The translations under genes were made by a program, and so were the position numbers. From positions 1 to 64,000 of IMG/VR virus record IMGVR_UViG_3300013233_000235: a stretch of DNA of 64,000 bases. One strand, given 5' to 3'. This document shows, in pieces, positions 39,964 through 49,734 of this stretch. How positions within the stretch are numbered: the stretch's first letter is position 1; each line of letters starts with the position of its first letter. Under the pieces are notes generated by a model, which had not been told where the DNA came from, searched no databases, and worked only from the letters and a program-made list of their open reading frames with translations.

Positions 39964-42084
39964 ATGGTGTTATCAATGATTCTGTATAAAGAGGACTGGG
40001 ATAAATACCCGGATGCCATCGCCGATGTTGAAACATCCAATGATAGTTTCATACACTTATGTGCCACCTATAAGGCTATGGGTATAGAGAACTGGGCATT
40101 CCCATTGGCGCTGCACGACCCATCATTGCAAGGGGTAGACCCATTCGATCCAGATATATCTGACGATCTTAAGCTTAAGATACGGGTGGAGTCCAAATAC
40201 AACCCGTGGTACAACTACCGGGAACTATTACGCATTAAGCAAGAGGGGTCGTCTATAGCAACCCAGTTTCTAGCCAACCGTGGTAACATAGCGATGGCGT
40301 GGGCGTACTTTAATCATTTCGATTTCTATCTCATCCAGCCACGGCAAACTGGTAAGACTGTATCGGTTGCGTGGACATGGGGCCAGATACTATACCTTTT
40401 ATATGAAGGTACTAAGATACAGCTTATTACGGAGAAGACAAAGTTGGTGAAAGATGTTATCAACGGCATCCGTAACATGCGTGACTCACTACCTAAATGG
40501 CTCAACCCAACCGATCCCAAAGTTGATGCTGATAACCTTGAAAGGATAGAATGCCGAGCACGGGATACCAGATTTAGCACAGCGGTTGGCCGTAACACCA
40601 CCGAGGGTGCCGAGTCAGTTGGCCGTGGTGCCACGTCAGGTACACTGCACGGCGACGAAGTACCATACGTGCCAAAGGGTGAGATATGTTTCCCCGTAGC
40701 GCTGGGTTCGACTCTGGGCGCCCGCAGGTTATCTGAAAAGAATGGGGGGTTGTATGGCAACGTGTTTACTACCACCGCTGGCAAGCTTAACACACCCAAT
40801 GGTGCATTCGCGTATAAAATGTTCATGGACGGGTACAAGTGGAATGAGTCGTTGTTCGATTGCGCAAATGCTGAGGTGGCCAAAGATGTTATACTGACTA
40901 ACTCTAAATCGGACATAGCGCAGATAAGTGCGGCCTTCTCATACAGGATGCTTGGGTATGATGATCAGTGGTTCAGAGAGGCTGCCGCGATAACCCGTGG
41001 TAGTCGCGATAGCATTGAACGTGACCTGTTGAATATATGGTCACACGGTAGTTCCGATGGCCCCATCCCAGTCGCGGTGTCCGAGGCAATTAACACATCC
41101 GTTAGAGAGCCCAACTGGGTACAGATTACCAAAAACAAATATAGCATCAACTGGTATAAGGATCGGGATGCCGTGATCGACAGCCTCATGAATGGTCACC
41201 ACTTGCTAACATTGGATACCGGTAATGCGGTGGGTCTCGATAGTAATGCCCTAATTATAATGGATGTGACTGATGCATCTATACTGGGTATATCCGATGT
41301 CAATGTTGGCAGTATATTTAAGTACGCTGATTGGATAGCCGAGTTACTCATACGGTTCCCTAAGACCACATTGGTTATCGAGAATAAGATGTCTGGTCAG
41401 AGTGTGATTGACATCATAGTTGTCCGGTTAATCGAGGCTAAAATTGATCCGTGTCGACGTATATTCAACCGAGTTATTGACGATGAGCATGGTAACGCTG
41501 AATTGTTTGCAGACATGAAGGCCCCATGGTCTAGGAGGAGCGGGCGGTTTTACGACAGATTCAAGAAGTTCATGGGGTTCTGTACGGGCGCGGCTAACCG
41601 CACACACCTGTACGATGCGGTCTTAACTAGGGCCACTGAGACAACGGGCCATCGTGTAACAGACCGTGGGTTGGCTGACCAACTGCTCGGCTTAGTAAAA
41701 AAGAATGATCGTGTGGATCATATAGCCGGTGGTCATGATGACCTTGTTATATCGTGGTTACTCGGGCATTGGTTTTTAAATCATGCTGTTAACCACTCTA
41801 TGTACGGCATACCTGTGGGTAAAGCATTGTCAGGTGTCAAGGAGCACGGTGCCACCTTATCAGACGCCGAGTTGGCTATACAGGATGCTCAGAGTAAGGT
41901 TCGGGCCGAACTGCTTTATATAAAGGTTCAGCTTACCCAGCGTAACACACCATTGGTGAATGTGCGCCTGCGTAAGAAGGCTCAAGCCTTAACCCGTTTA
42001 ACTGAAGAAGATGGTGGCGAGACTGTCACCATGGATTCCATAATAGGCGGCGGTAAGTCTAAACGCCGTAAGGCTAGAGTATGA
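39964..42084 (+). CDS. terL: terminase large subunit (phiKZ gp25-like)
   Basis: Walker A PRQTGKT, GRGAT, Walker B LHGDE, TTTAG, RNase H-like LTLDTG and HDDLVISWLL. Confidence 0.92.
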   Translation: MVLSMILYKEDWDKYPDAIADVETSNDSFIHLCATYKAMGIENWAFPLALHDPSLQGVDPFDPDISDDLKLKIRVESKYNPWYNYRELLRIKQEGSSIATQFLANRGNIAMAWAYFNHFDFYLIQPRQTGKTVSVAWTWGQILYLLYEGTKIQLITEKTKLVKDVINGIRNMRDSLPKWLNPTDPKVDADNLERIECRARDTRFSTAVGRNTTEGAESVGRGATSGTLHGDEVPYVPKGEICFPVALGSTLGARRLSEKNGGLYGNVFTTTAGKLNTPNGAFAYKMFMDGYKWNESLFDCANAEVAKDVILTNSKSDIAQISAAFSYRMLGYDDQWFREAAAITRGSRDSIERDLLNIWSHGSSDGPIPVAVSEAINTSVREPNWVQITKNKYSINWYKDRDAVIDSLMNGHHLLTLDTGNAVGLDSNALIIMDVTDASILGISDVNVGSIFKYADWIAELLIRFPKTTLVIENKMSGQSVIDIIVVRLIEAKIDPCRRIFNRVIDDEHGNAELFADMKAPWSRRSGRFYDRFKKFMGFCTGAANRTHLYDAVLTRATETTGHRVTDRGLADQLLGLVKKNDRVDHIAGGHDDLVISWLLGHWFLNHAVNHSMYGIPVGKALSGVKEHGATLSDAELAIQDAQSKVRAELLYIKVQLTQRNTPLVNVRLRKKAQALTRLTEEDGGETVTMDSIIGGGKSKRRKARV

Positions 42085-42197
42085 AGATGTTTAAGCAGTT
42101 TATGCGTGGGGCCCTATACATCCCATCGGTGTGCGTGTTCGCTATGATGCTCGGCATCATATGGCTCGAGGATTTGTTTGAGGATTATGATGAGTGA
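42081..42197 (+). CDS. 38-aa single-pass membrane peptide
   Basis: ATGA overlap with the terL stop; MKMFKQFMRGALYIPSVCVFAMMLGIIWLEDLFEDYDE (translated by hand). Confidence 0.5.
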   Translation: MKMFKQFMRGALYIPSVCVFAMMLGIIWLEDLFEDYDE

Positions 42198-42251
42198 GTT
42201 GTATCCGGTTTTGTGCGCGATATTGCGCTGTATTTAAAAAGGATCTTAGTT

Positions 42252-42452
42252 ATGTATGAATCGGCAGTTTTGTCATTGATTTTGAATGGGTTGGCGGTGG
42301 CGGTTGTCATCACATTGGTTGTCGGATTACTGGTGTATGTGCTTGGGTCGCCAAATGATCACCCCCTGACACCCCCGCGTAAACGTGGGTCTCGCGGTGA
42401 CTCGCCATCATGTGACCACGGTGACTCCGGTTCCTCTGGGGGTTGTGAATAG
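42252..42452 (+). CDS. small membrane protein with G/S/D/C-rich tail
   Basis: TM helix followed by DSPSCDHGDSGSSGGCE. Confidence 0.65.
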   Translation: MYESAVLSLILNGLAVAVVITLVVGLLVYVLGSPNDHPLTPPRKRGSRGDSPSCDHGDSGSSGGCE

Positions 42453-42644
42453 TGTTGCACATTTACATACTGGGCATAGCTCCCCTGATTATGGCCACAC
42501 TTGTGGCCGTTGGCGTAGCATTCTGTGCATGTCGCATAACTGCGTACAGAAGTTGTTAAACATTATTATATAAACGCCCACATAGGTGTTTATAGGAAAC
42601 GGATAGGGAATGGGACTACAAACGCTGGCCAGGAGAACGGCACT

Positions 42645-42776
42645 ATGTTTGATCCATACCTAAGTCTGGTGGTTATAAATAGTCTCACCATATCTGGGGG
42701 GTTATGGGCACTAGCCCTTATCTCTTTAGATGAGCACAAACGTTGTGCCCGATTGGACCATAATGACCTACCTTGA
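42645..42776 (+). CDS. 43-aa single-pass membrane peptide
   Basis: AGGAG RBS; MFDPYLSLVVINSLTISGGLWALALISLDE... (translated by hand). Confidence 0.5.
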   Translation: MFDPYLSLVVINSLTISGGLWALALISLDEHKRCARLDHNDLP

Positions 42777-42894
42777 AAGGTTGATCATACTAGGTTTAAT
42801 AGGGTGGTGCCTATACGCATGGGTGCCGAACATGACTGAGTGTACCACTGTTGAGAAGGCCACTTGGACAATCCAGAGATGGGACGGGGAATAG
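42763..42894 (+). CDS. 43-aa single-pass membrane peptide
   Basis: Overlaps the previous ORF; MTYLERLIILGLIGWCLYAWVP... Confidence 0.45.
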   Translation: MTYLERLIILGLIGWCLYAWVPNMTECTTVEKATWTIQRWDGE

Positions 42895-42961
42895 CTTATA
42901 TAACACATGTTGTATAGGCGCGTTGGCGGACATTCATCCATTATTAAATGGAGTGTCAATT

Positions 42962-43291
42962 ATGAGTGATACCTTAAAAATCGCAGTTGTCATTTTTGCG
43001 TTAGACTTTATGATCATTGGCTTTCTGTGGCTTGCTGCTAAACGGCATCATGATCGCATTACTGCCCGCAGAAACCGTGGTCGTTTAGATGAGATCCTCA
43101 CGGCCTGTGATACTATCACATGCCATCCTGTAAACCTCCAACACATGTCTGCTCACGTAGGCGTCGCCCATTTGGAACCTAGCATCCTGGTTCGCGAAGT
43201 TTCCGCAATGGGTGAAAGCGACTTGGCGCTGTTTCACAAGGAAGTTATGAAGGCGGCCGATGCTATCGCCGCAAGTAAGGAGCCAAGTTAA
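42962..43291 (+). CDS. membrane-anchored hypothetical protein
   Basis: GGAG RBS; N-terminal TM segment IAVVIFALDFMIIGFLWLAA. Confidence 0.65.
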   Translation: MSDTLKIAVVIFALDFMIIGFLWLAAKRHHDRITARRNRGRLDEILTACDTITCHPVNLQHMSAHVGVAHLEPSILVREVSAMGESDLALFHKEVMKAADAIAASKEPS

Positions 43292-43345
43292 AGTGCGGCC
43301 GGCCAGTATTGGCCGGTCGTTTTATACGTACCTTAAGGATTGTGC

Positions 43346-43648
43346 ATGAATACTTACAAATTATCGTTAGCGCTGGGCCTAGATAGTAGGGGCTTCGGTA
43401 AGTTTATAGAGGTCCGTGGGGGTCGATATAGTGGCTTCTCAGTCTGGGCATTGGCGGGGCTTGCCAGGACATACATTGGTAAGTCCACAGGGTCCGCTGA
43501 CACCGTGTTGCGCAACCACTGTGGTGACCTCCTTATAGCCGGGCGTCTAAAAAATGGACAACGTTGCAAATGGTATATCCGGTCTACCGAGGTCGGTTAT
43601 AAACTAGGGTGCCCCACCTCAAACGAGGGTGCTAATGGAGTTAGATGA
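43346..43648 (+). CDS. hypothetical basic protein, weakly BRO-N-like
   Basis: AAGGA RBS; LARTYIGKS...DTVLRNHC pattern. Confidence 0.5.
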   Translation: MNTYKLSLALGLDSRGFGKFIEVRGGRYSGFSVWALAGLARTYIGKSTGSADTVLRNHCGDLLIAGRLKNGQRCKWYIRSTEVGYKLGCPTSNEGANGVR

Positions 43649-43994
43649 CATGGTCGCTGATTACGCGATGTTTTACCCAGCCTTCCTGATAGTTGCTGGC
43701 GTTAGTATTTTATTCGGGCTAGGCGTTGCCCTGTATGTCTGTAGGAATGTTATACCCTGTGGCGATTTTAGGGCCATGCGTAGGGCTGGGATGATCCCTA
43801 TCGATATGGACCCGGTATCTAACCGGATCATCGAGATTCGGATAGCGCTTGCTCTAAACCAGATGTCCGCAAATTCCATTGAAGAAAATGGCCACATTGT
43901 CATCAAATCCGTGGCTGTACACTGGGCCGCTAAAATCGTAAGGCTGCCCCCATCCGCCAGAGCTGAGATGCTAGCACGGCTGGAAATGATATAA
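43635..43994 (+). CDS. membrane-anchored hypothetical protein
   Basis: N-terminal TM segment FLIVAGVSILFGLGVALYV. Confidence 0.6.
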   Translation: MELDDMVADYAMFYPAFLIVAGVSILFGLGVALYVCRNVIPCGDFRAMRRAGMIPIDMDPVSNRIIEIRIALALNQMSANSIEENGHIVIKSVAVHWAAKIVRLPPSARAEMLARLEMI

Positions 43995-43995
43995 T

Positions 43996-44062
43996 GGAAT
44001 CAGTTATATTTCAATGACATATAACTAAAATGAATACTCATGTATAATTCTGTACATGGGTC
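43996..44062 (+). promoter_or_regulatory. early-type promoter variant with leader hairpin
   Basis: TTTCAATGACATATAACTAAAATG shared with 47665-47725, then hairpin CTCATGTATA-ATTC-TGTACATGGG. Confidence 0.6.
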
Positions 44063-44103
44063 ACCTGATACCACTTATATAGGTGGTGCAGTTTGGAGTA
44101 GCT

Positions 44104-44277
44104 ATGTTAGCTTTGGATACTGACAAGGTTATGGCAATTGATTGCCGCCTTGTGTACATGGAGACCCTGCCAGAATGGCAGGGTTGTAGAAAGGTCTGCA
44201 CCATATGTGGTGCAGACACCTGCACCCTAAAGGGTGCAGACGTAATGGACCTGCGAAAGCAGGTCCATGGTGAATAG
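44104..44277 (+). CDS. small Cys-rich protein
   Basis: GGAG RBS; CRKVCTICGADTC. Confidence 0.55.
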   Translation: MLALDTDKVMAIDCRLVYMETLPEWQGCRKVCTICGADTCTLKGADVMDLRKQVHGE

Positions 44278-44300
44278 CCCTTCGGGGCTTTCTTTTTTTA
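44276..44300 (+). terminator. UUCG terminator of the cassette family
   Basis: AGCCC-TTCG-GGGCT-TTCTTTTTTT. Confidence 0.8.
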
Positions 44301-44780
44301 TTGGAGAATACCATCCTTAAAATACTGATATGTCTGATGTTGTTACCCATCCCCTGCCGTAGTGAGATACCCAGTATGGCCACCACAGCTAACTACAACG
44401 GGTCTGCACTATTGGATGCCATGGCCCCCAGGGTTGAGTACCGCGCGTTCCAGGATGGGCGGCTACCTAACATAACCTGTTGGGTCGGTTTCCCTGTACG
44501 TGGGCGCAGACGTTTAGGTGCCGGTGACAAATATGAGGTGATTGGCTTGCCCAGCATGGATTGTGCCAGGTTATCCACAAAACCTGTTGTTAATATGCCG
44601 GCAGTACCCACCCGGTGGAATATCCTGTTATCTAAACGGGATGCGGCGTGGTTAACCCCATACAAGTTAGGTGCGGTTTACGACACCATCAACCGCACAC
44701 TTGTATACACCCTACACAGGGGTCCTTACACGCGCGGTGATACGGGTAGGATCATTATATCCGTGGTGCCAATGCTGTGA
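44301..44780 (+). CDS. hypothetical protein (start uncertain)
   Basis: 159-aa ORF filling the gap between regulatory elements. Confidence 0.5.
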   Translation: MENTILKILICLMLLPIPCRSEIPSMATTANYNGSALLDAMAPRVEYRAFQDGRLPNITCWVGFPVRGRRRLGAGDKYEVIGLPSMDCARLSTKPVVNMPAVPTRWNILLSKRDAAWLTPYKLGAVYDTINRTLVYTLHRGPYTRGDTGRIIISVVPML

Positions 44781-44791
44781 TCAATAATTTT

Positions 44792-44852
44792 TCAGAACTA
44801 TATAACTTGTATGAAGAGACATCTTGATCTCTTGTATAGGAGTTTAGTTATG
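44792..44852 (+). promoter_or_regulatory. promoter-hairpin-RBS half cassette
   Basis: CAGAACTATATAACTTGTATGAAGAGACATCTTGATCTCTTGTATAGGAGTTTAGTTATG. Confidence 0.8.
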
Positions 44853-44954
44853 AGTGACTTATTTTCTGCTGTCCGTGCCGTTGTAGTACTATCCACCATC
44901 ATCGTAGGTGGCTGGTGGGTTGCCAACAATGGTGCGATTTTCTACATCCACTAA
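44850..44954 (+). CDS. 34-aa single-pass membrane peptide
   Basis: Uses the cassette RBS; MSDLFSAVRAVVVLSTIIVGGWWVANNGAIFYIH. Confidence 0.6.
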   Translation: MSDLFSAVRAVVVLSTIIVGGWWVANNGAIFYIH

Positions 44955-44967
44955 TGAGGAATACCCC

Positions 44968-45078
44968 ATGTTTAAATGTTTTAAGACCCTGGCGGTGCTG
45001 GCATTTGCTGCTATCACCATCATCATGTCACTGCGATACGGGTGCGCTCGCACCATCCCTAAGGGGTGCTCTGACTAA
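44968..45078 (+). CDS. 36-aa single-pass membrane peptide
   Basis: GAGGA RBS; MFKCFKTLAVLAFAAITIIMSLRYGCARTIPKGCSD. Confidence 0.55.
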   Translation: MFKCFKTLAVLAFAAITIIMSLRYGCARTIPKGCSD

Positions 45079-45114
45079 CTAACCAAAACCCCCCTGCATT
45101 CGTGCAGGGGGGTT

Positions 45115-45417
45115 ATGAGGGCTATGATGATTACATCAGCAAGTGGCGTGTTTGTAGCTAGATCGGCCGATGGCACGTGGGGTGTCACTGACCCCGATGG
45201 TCGGTACGAAGGGTTGGCCTGCGATACCCTATGGTTGTTTGGTAATGCCATGTTACTAACAACCACTTTCTTCATAGTGGCTGGTGGGCCGATGGTTTGG
45301 GCACCAGTGGGTGTAACGTTTGACTCTGTGGAAATAACCTGCTGTGGGGAAAGCTTCTCTGTAACAGGGTACTACGGGGTGAATACCGTCCGCTGGGTTT
45401 GTGAGGTACGCATGTGA
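45115..45417 (+). CDS. hypothetical protein
   Basis: 100-aa ORF coupled to the next gene. Confidence 0.55.
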   Translation: MRAMMITSASGVFVARSADGTWGVTDPDGRYEGLACDTLWLFGNAMLLTTTFFIVAGGPMVWAPVGVTFDSVEITCCGESFSVTGYYGVNTVRWVCEVRM

Positions 45418-45827
45418 GTAACTTCATTTTCTGTGACATCGATGGGGTGCTTAGGAAATACCCACACGACCACCCGCATATGGCTGTGGATGATCACACC
45501 CCGGGGAGATTGGAAACGATGCTTAGGGTACTCGATGCTAAGCTTGTTATAACGAGCAGTTGGAACTTTGGGAAAACCCCCCAGAGCATGCGCAGTGCCC
45601 TTTGGAAATTGGGTATGCAATCTAAGGTAGATTTCCTGACGAAGGATAGCGGGAATGGTAGGGCGGCTGATATAAGTGCATTTCTGGATACCCATCCAGA
45701 GGTGTCCCAGTATGCCGTATTGGATGATGATAGGGATGTGTTAAATATCCCCAATAGCTTTTTAATAGATGGCAATGTTGGGCTGTCTGATAACGATGTG
45801 GAACGGGTAGTTAAATCCTTCCGCTAA
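45414..45827 (+). CDS. HAD-family phosphatase (Swiss-army-knife RNA-repair HAD type)
   Basis: FCDIDGVL, LVITSSW and YAVLDDD motifs. Confidence 0.85.
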   Translation: MSNFIFCDIDGVLRKYPHDHPHMAVDDHTPGRLETMLRVLDAKLVITSSWNFGKTPQSMRSALWKLGMQSKVDFLTKDSGNGRAADISAFLDTHPEVSQYAVLDDDRDVLNIPNSFLIDGNVGLSDNDVERVVKSFR

Positions 45828-45838
45828 GGAGTTTAGTT

Positions 45839-46015
45839 ATGAGTAGATTTATCCGCAGTGTTACATGCATAGTACCTAGATCCAACGGGGGTGGTTACAA
45901 ACGCGGGGTGATGGTCACGTACGCTGCCGATGGTACATCGAGCAATCGTGGCCCCATACCAGTGGTTGTGCCGAAACCGGAGCGGCTGGCCCTTCGCGGG
46001 CTTGCCCCTAAGTAA
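45839..46015 (+). CDS. 58-aa hypothetical protein
   Basis: Preceded by the cassette RBS GGAGTTTAGTTATGAGTAGA. Confidence 0.55.
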   Translation: MSRFIRSVTCIVPRSNGGGYKRGVMVTYAADGTSSNRGPIPVVVPKPERLALRGLAPK

Positions 46016-46125
46016 TAAGTCAGCCCCTTCGGGGGCTTTCTTTTTTATTTGTTTCCATACATTCTTAGAACTATATAACTAATATGAAGAGACACTTTGA
46101 TCTCTTGTATAGGAGTTTAGTTATG
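46016..46125 (+). repeat. terminator-promoter-hairpin-RBS cassette, full copy 2
   Basis: Near-identical to the copies at 60970, 29218 and 46816. Confidence 0.9.
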
Positions 46126-46818
46126 AGTAGAGTACTGGGTGTATTAAATAGTTACCGGCACCGGGTGTTGCAAATGCGTGGGATCAGTACGTATGAGTTT
46201 ATCAAAGCGGTTGGCACAGACTGGGTGAGTACCTCTATCAGCAAGCGGGTAGGTAAGCACCCGCCCGTGTTGATACATTCAGAGGATGGCGAGGTGGAGA
46301 TCCACATAGCCTACATCCGCCCGGTGTACCCGGATACGCAGGGTGTGATCTTACACATCCGTGTTAAGGACAAGCCCGCGCAATTCCGATTTATGAAGAA
46401 CGCCACATTTTTCCACACGCCGGGGCATAGTGGGTTTATAATCGGTGACAATCTGGTGGATGTGCGTGACACCACCGCCTACATCAGCCGCATATACAAC
46501 CAAGAGCCGTACGCGGTGACTGTGACGAACCTGTTGGTGGGTTCTCTATCTGTTGAATTACTAGATACCAAAGAAGTGACCTACCCGCTACCAACCGATG
46601 TAGATCTGGGGACGGTATGCGCCAAGCAGTGGCTCATAGGCGACAAGGTCGTGATGCACACTTATACCGCAGATGGTTCTACCCTTCTTGCCGCAGAACA
46701 CCATGGTCGGTGGAAGGTGCTGGGGTGGGAGTATGGTGATGCCACGGTACGCGAGGCCGTCGCATTCGGCAACATGTGCATGCCTAAGTTAAATTCTAAA
46801 CTGGACAATCCGACATAA
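46123..46818 (+). CDS. hypothetical protein
   Basis: Start re-set to the ATG after the GGAG RBS. Confidence 0.7.
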   Translation: MSRVLGVLNSYRHRVLQMRGISTYEFIKAVGTDWVSTSISKRVGKHPPVLIHSEDGEVEIHIAYIRPVYPDTQGVILHIRVKDKPAQFRFMKNATFFHTPGHSGFIIGDNLVDVRDTTAYISRIYNQEPYAVTVTNLLVGSLSVELLDTKEVTYPLPTDVDLGTVCAKQWLIGDKVVMHTYTADGSTLLAAEHHGRWKVLGWEYGDATVREAVAFGNMCMPKLNSKLDNPT

Positions 46819-46928
46819 GGACAGCCCCTTCGGGGGCTTTCTTTTTTATTTGTTTCACCCATGTGTAAGAACTATATAACTTGTATGAAGAGACACTTTG
46901 ATCTCTTATTGTGAAGGATGTTGATATG
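46816..46928 (+). repeat. terminator-promoter-hairpin-RBS cassette, full copy 3
   Basis: AGCCCCTTCGGGGGCT...AGAACTATATAACTTGTATGAAGAGACACTTTGATCTCTT. Confidence 0.9.
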
Positions 46929-47126
46929 AATGCGTTACTAGCGGTGTTTGTCTGCGTGCTGACAGATGGGCTGTTGTGGGTATCCCTGACACCATATGTG
47001 GTATCTCCCGCGGATGTGTTTATCCGGATTGTGTTACCTGGCGCCACCATTGTGGGGCTGTACACTAGCCGTGCAATATTGCACACCCAATCCCAACTTG
47101 GAGGTAAAAAGAAATGTTATACTTAG
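46926..47126 (+). CDS. small two-TM membrane protein
   Basis: Two hydrophobic segments and a basic C-terminus. Confidence 0.6.
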   Translation: MNALLAVFVCVLTDGLLWVSLTPYVVSPADVFIRIVLPGATIVGLYTSRAILHTQSQLGGKKKCYT

Positions 47127-47626
47127 TGCTGCATAGTCTAATAACCGCTGGGGTGTTGTACATCACCCACCTCGTTATATCCGACTACCTTGAGAGGCTG
47201 TCAGCCACAGCCGGTGAGGATGTATTCACACTGCTATCTGATTGGCATACCGGGGTATCCCGCCATCAGATTATGCCACTACCATGTGTGTACCCATATG
47301 GTGGCCGGTGGTTTAGCCCTGCCGTGCCACCGGCGGCCATTTCAGAAGCTGTACGCGCATATCTAATGGCGGATAAGTCGGGGTTCTATCGGCGGTATAA
47401 GTTACTACGGGCGGCCATGAAAGATGCTAGGGCCACGGTAATTCTTATAGGGGAACTTACAGAAAAGGCTTACAGCATAGCTGAGATCTGGGATGAGGGC
47501 ACGTTCCGGATGTATCCTGGATTAAAGCGTACGCCCATTTCAGGTGACTGCTACGTTGGTAACTGGGGTGGTAAACTGTGTTACGACCGGCCCATGGTCC
47601 GGATGTGCTTGGAAACCATCTCATAA
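47114..47626 (+). CDS. membrane-anchored hypothetical protein
   Basis: GGAGG RBS; hydrophobic N-terminus. Confidence 0.65.
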   Translation: MLYLVLHSLITAGVLYITHLVISDYLERLSATAGEDVFTLLSDWHTGVSRHQIMPLPCVYPYGGRWFSPAVPPAAISEAVRAYLMADKSGFYRRYKLLRAAMKDARATVILIGELTEKAYSIAEIWDEGTFRMYPGLKRTPISGDCYVGNWGGKLCYDRPMVRMCLETIS

Positions 47627-47630
47627 AGAC

Positions 47631-47725
47631 AGCCCCTTCGGGGCTTTCTTTTTTATGTAAATCTGGAATCAACGTATTTTCAATGACATATAACTAAAAT
47701 GGATATAGGCGTTTTGACTTATATC
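47631..47725 (+). promoter_or_regulatory. cassette terminator, variant promoter and leader hairpin with a different stem but the same apex
   Basis: AGCCCCTTCGGGGCTTTC; CATATAAC-TAAA-ATG; GATATAGG-CGTTTTGA-CTTATATC. Confidence 0.75.
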
Positions 47726-47754
47726 ACTATGGCTTAACAGCCAGGAGATTTACC

Positions 47755-48291
47755 ATGAGTGATTTCACAGTAACAGATTTCGGCTTCGTTTCTATGTCTT
47801 CAAAAGAGTTGGATGTCGCCGGAACTACCGGTGCTACACTCGGCTCCGTGGCATACGGCTACAGCCTACCCACCAAGGCGGTCATGGTTCGCCACGGGTG
47901 GAGACTCACCGTCGTGGCCACCGGTGGAATGGGTAACTGCGGAGTGGGTATCCTGACCCCCGCCTCCGCGCGAACGCGGGCCATTCACTTGGCGGCATAC
48001 ACCGATCGTTGGTCAGATCAGTTGGGCTGCGCACCATCGGAGCTGTATAATTTCTACGACGTAGTAAAAAGCACCAGATTTGGTTGGGAGGTGCTTGGAT
48101 GGGTAATCGCCAATCCCTCCACCGATGTGTGGGTGAGTTACCCCGGCCAGGGTCGCGGGGTAAACAACTGGCGTGAGGCATCCGCCTCACGCAAGGATCT
48201 GTTGGATGGATTCAGTGTACCAAGACTCGATGCTATGCACACGCTGGTGCAATCGTTAGAGAGCTGCCTGGTTGAAAAATACCTAGCCTAA
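47755..48291 (+). CDS. hypothetical protein
   Basis: AGGAG RBS; bounded by a promoter and a cassette terminator (monocistronic module). Confidence 0.75.
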   Translation: MSDFTVTDFGFVSMSSKELDVAGTTGATLGSVAYGYSLPTKAVMVRHGWRLTVVATGGMGNCGVGILTPASARTRAIHLAAYTDRWSDQLGCAPSELYNFYDVVKSTRFGWEVLGWVIANPSTDVWVSYPGQGRGVNNWREASASRKDLLDGFSVPRLDAMHTLVQSLESCLVEKYLA

Positions 48292-48295
48292 AGAC

Positions 48296-48330
48296 AGCCC
48301 CTTCGGGGGCTTTCTTTTTTATTTGTTTCC
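48296..48330 (+). terminator. UUCG terminator of the cassette family
   Basis: AGCCCC-TTCG-GGGGCT-TTCTTTTTTATTTGTTTCC. Confidence 0.85.
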
Positions 48331-48350
48331 ATCAATTATCGTAAGGGGTT

Positions 48351-49046
48351 ATGTTTTATGTACACTTACCATATCAACCACCGGAGTCAATCGTGAGCAA
48401 GTTATTAATAATCTACATCCGCGCAGCTGTAATCGCGGTATTACTTACGCCGTTCGTGCTACCAATCTTAAGTTATATTCCCACCCACCTACTCGTCCCC
48501 GGGGTTGCGCTACAAGTGGGGTTGGGTTTAATCCTAGCCCTACTACTCAACCGCCCTGACGCCGCCATCGATTCAAATACCCCCGATCGGCTGAAAGAGT
48601 TATTCCTGGATGGTGGGTATGGTTTGAACACACCACTGGTGTTAATCATCGGCAGTCGACGCATAACCATCTCCAGCCCATACGCCGTTGCGGATACATT
48701 GACTGCGGAGATGTGTCGCCGTACCATCTTAGGCAACCGGGTCATTAGTAAGCGTGTGTCAGCCCAGGTGGTAGACGGGATAAAGAGTATTGCACAGTTG
48801 ATCCGGTATAAGCGGCGTTTTGAATCTCACGCGGCCGAGTTGAAGAAACGCACTCCCAACATCCGTAGAAAACTTATTAAACGTCGCGGTGCCCTATCCA
48901 GATGGCCCAGCATGGGTTATCTGGGTGAGGTAATTGATTTTTATAAAGGGCCTGCCAATCTGGTATCACCAGAAGTCGAGTTGGAAGATATCGAGGGTAT
49001 GATGAGTACACTAACACATATTAGCGAATTAGGATTATCTAAATGA
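48351..49046 (+). CDS. two-TM membrane protein, paralog A
   Basis: TM hairpin; DTLTAEMCRRTILGNR. Confidence 0.7.
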   Translation: MFYVHLPYQPPESIVSKLLIIYIRAAVIAVLLTPFVLPILSYIPTHLLVPGVALQVGLGLILALLLNRPDAAIDSNTPDRLKELFLDGGYGLNTPLVLIIGSRRITISSPYAVADTLTAEMCRRTILGNRVISKRVSAQVVDGIKSIAQLIRYKRRFESHAAELKKRTPNIRRKLIKRRGALSRWPSMGYLGEVIDFYKGPANLVSPEVELEDIEGMMSTLTHISELGLSK

Positions 49047-49089
49047 GTAGCGCTATTACGATCCTGCTGCCACTGGTGGGGTACGATCT

Positions 49090-49689
49090 ATGAACTGTTA
49101 CCGCGATGTGTTAGTTTGGCTCATACGTGTGTGTGTCTTTCTAGGCCTGTATGTGGTGTTTTTCGGCGACCCTAGATTCCTGCCGCCATTAGACCAAGTG
49201 AGTGCTCTGGCATATGCCATGTTCTTAAGTCTGCTTATGCAGAGGTCTACAGTGGTAGTACCTATGCATTTAGTGGTTGACGTTAGTCAGTTATTTAATG
49301 CCACGTGTAGCAGTTCCACTGAACCGTTAGTGGTACGCCACCGGCGTGGGCTTAGCGTCATATACACAGTTGCCGGCATACAAGACACGCTTAATAGGGA
49401 CTTGTGCAGGACCACCATTCTGGGCAACAGGCAGCTTGACGGGCCGTTGGTGGACGAGTTCATCATAGGTCTGTCCCACTTGCGTAGCCGGGCTTATAAT
49501 GTTAATGAGTTGCTGGGTATGGTGGACGATGCCTATAAATCCGGAGCGCCATTGCCGAAACTAGGTGACCCCGTCCTACACAGGCTGATGCACAGCCTTA
49601 TCCGCGCCGACCCAGTTGATCGGAGGCTGATTGTGGCCGGCATCAGTGATGGCGACGTTGGATTATTATCGGAGGTCTTATGTCCGTAA
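49090..49689 (+). CDS. two-TM membrane protein, paralog B
   Basis: TM hairpin; DTLNRDLCRTTILGNR. Confidence 0.7.
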   Translation: MNCYRDVLVWLIRVCVFLGLYVVFFGDPRFLPPLDQVSALAYAMFLSLLMQRSTVVVPMHLVVDVSQLFNATCSSSTEPLVVRHRRGLSVIYTVAGIQDTLNRDLCRTTILGNRQLDGPLVDEFIIGLSHLRSRAYNVNELLGMVDDAYKSGAPLPKLGDPVLHRLMHSLIRADPVDRRLIVAGISDGDVGLLSEVLCP

Positions 49690-49734
49690 ACTACATCCGG
49701 TTGGGTACACCTAACCACACATTGGAGAGTCGTG

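Noticed and set aside
42895-42912. TATATAAC at 42898 and TACATAAC near 59125 as further early promoters
   Set aside because: Spacing to ATG/GTG differs from the fixed N4 of the eight good copies; possible but unsupported.
46084-46122. Shared N-terminal peptide MKR(H/R)FDLL..SLVM on ORFs 46084 and 61039, or a conserved leader peptide
   Set aside because: It is a translation of the leader hairpin. In the 29289 and 46885 copies it hits a stop, and a good RBS precedes the downstream ATG.
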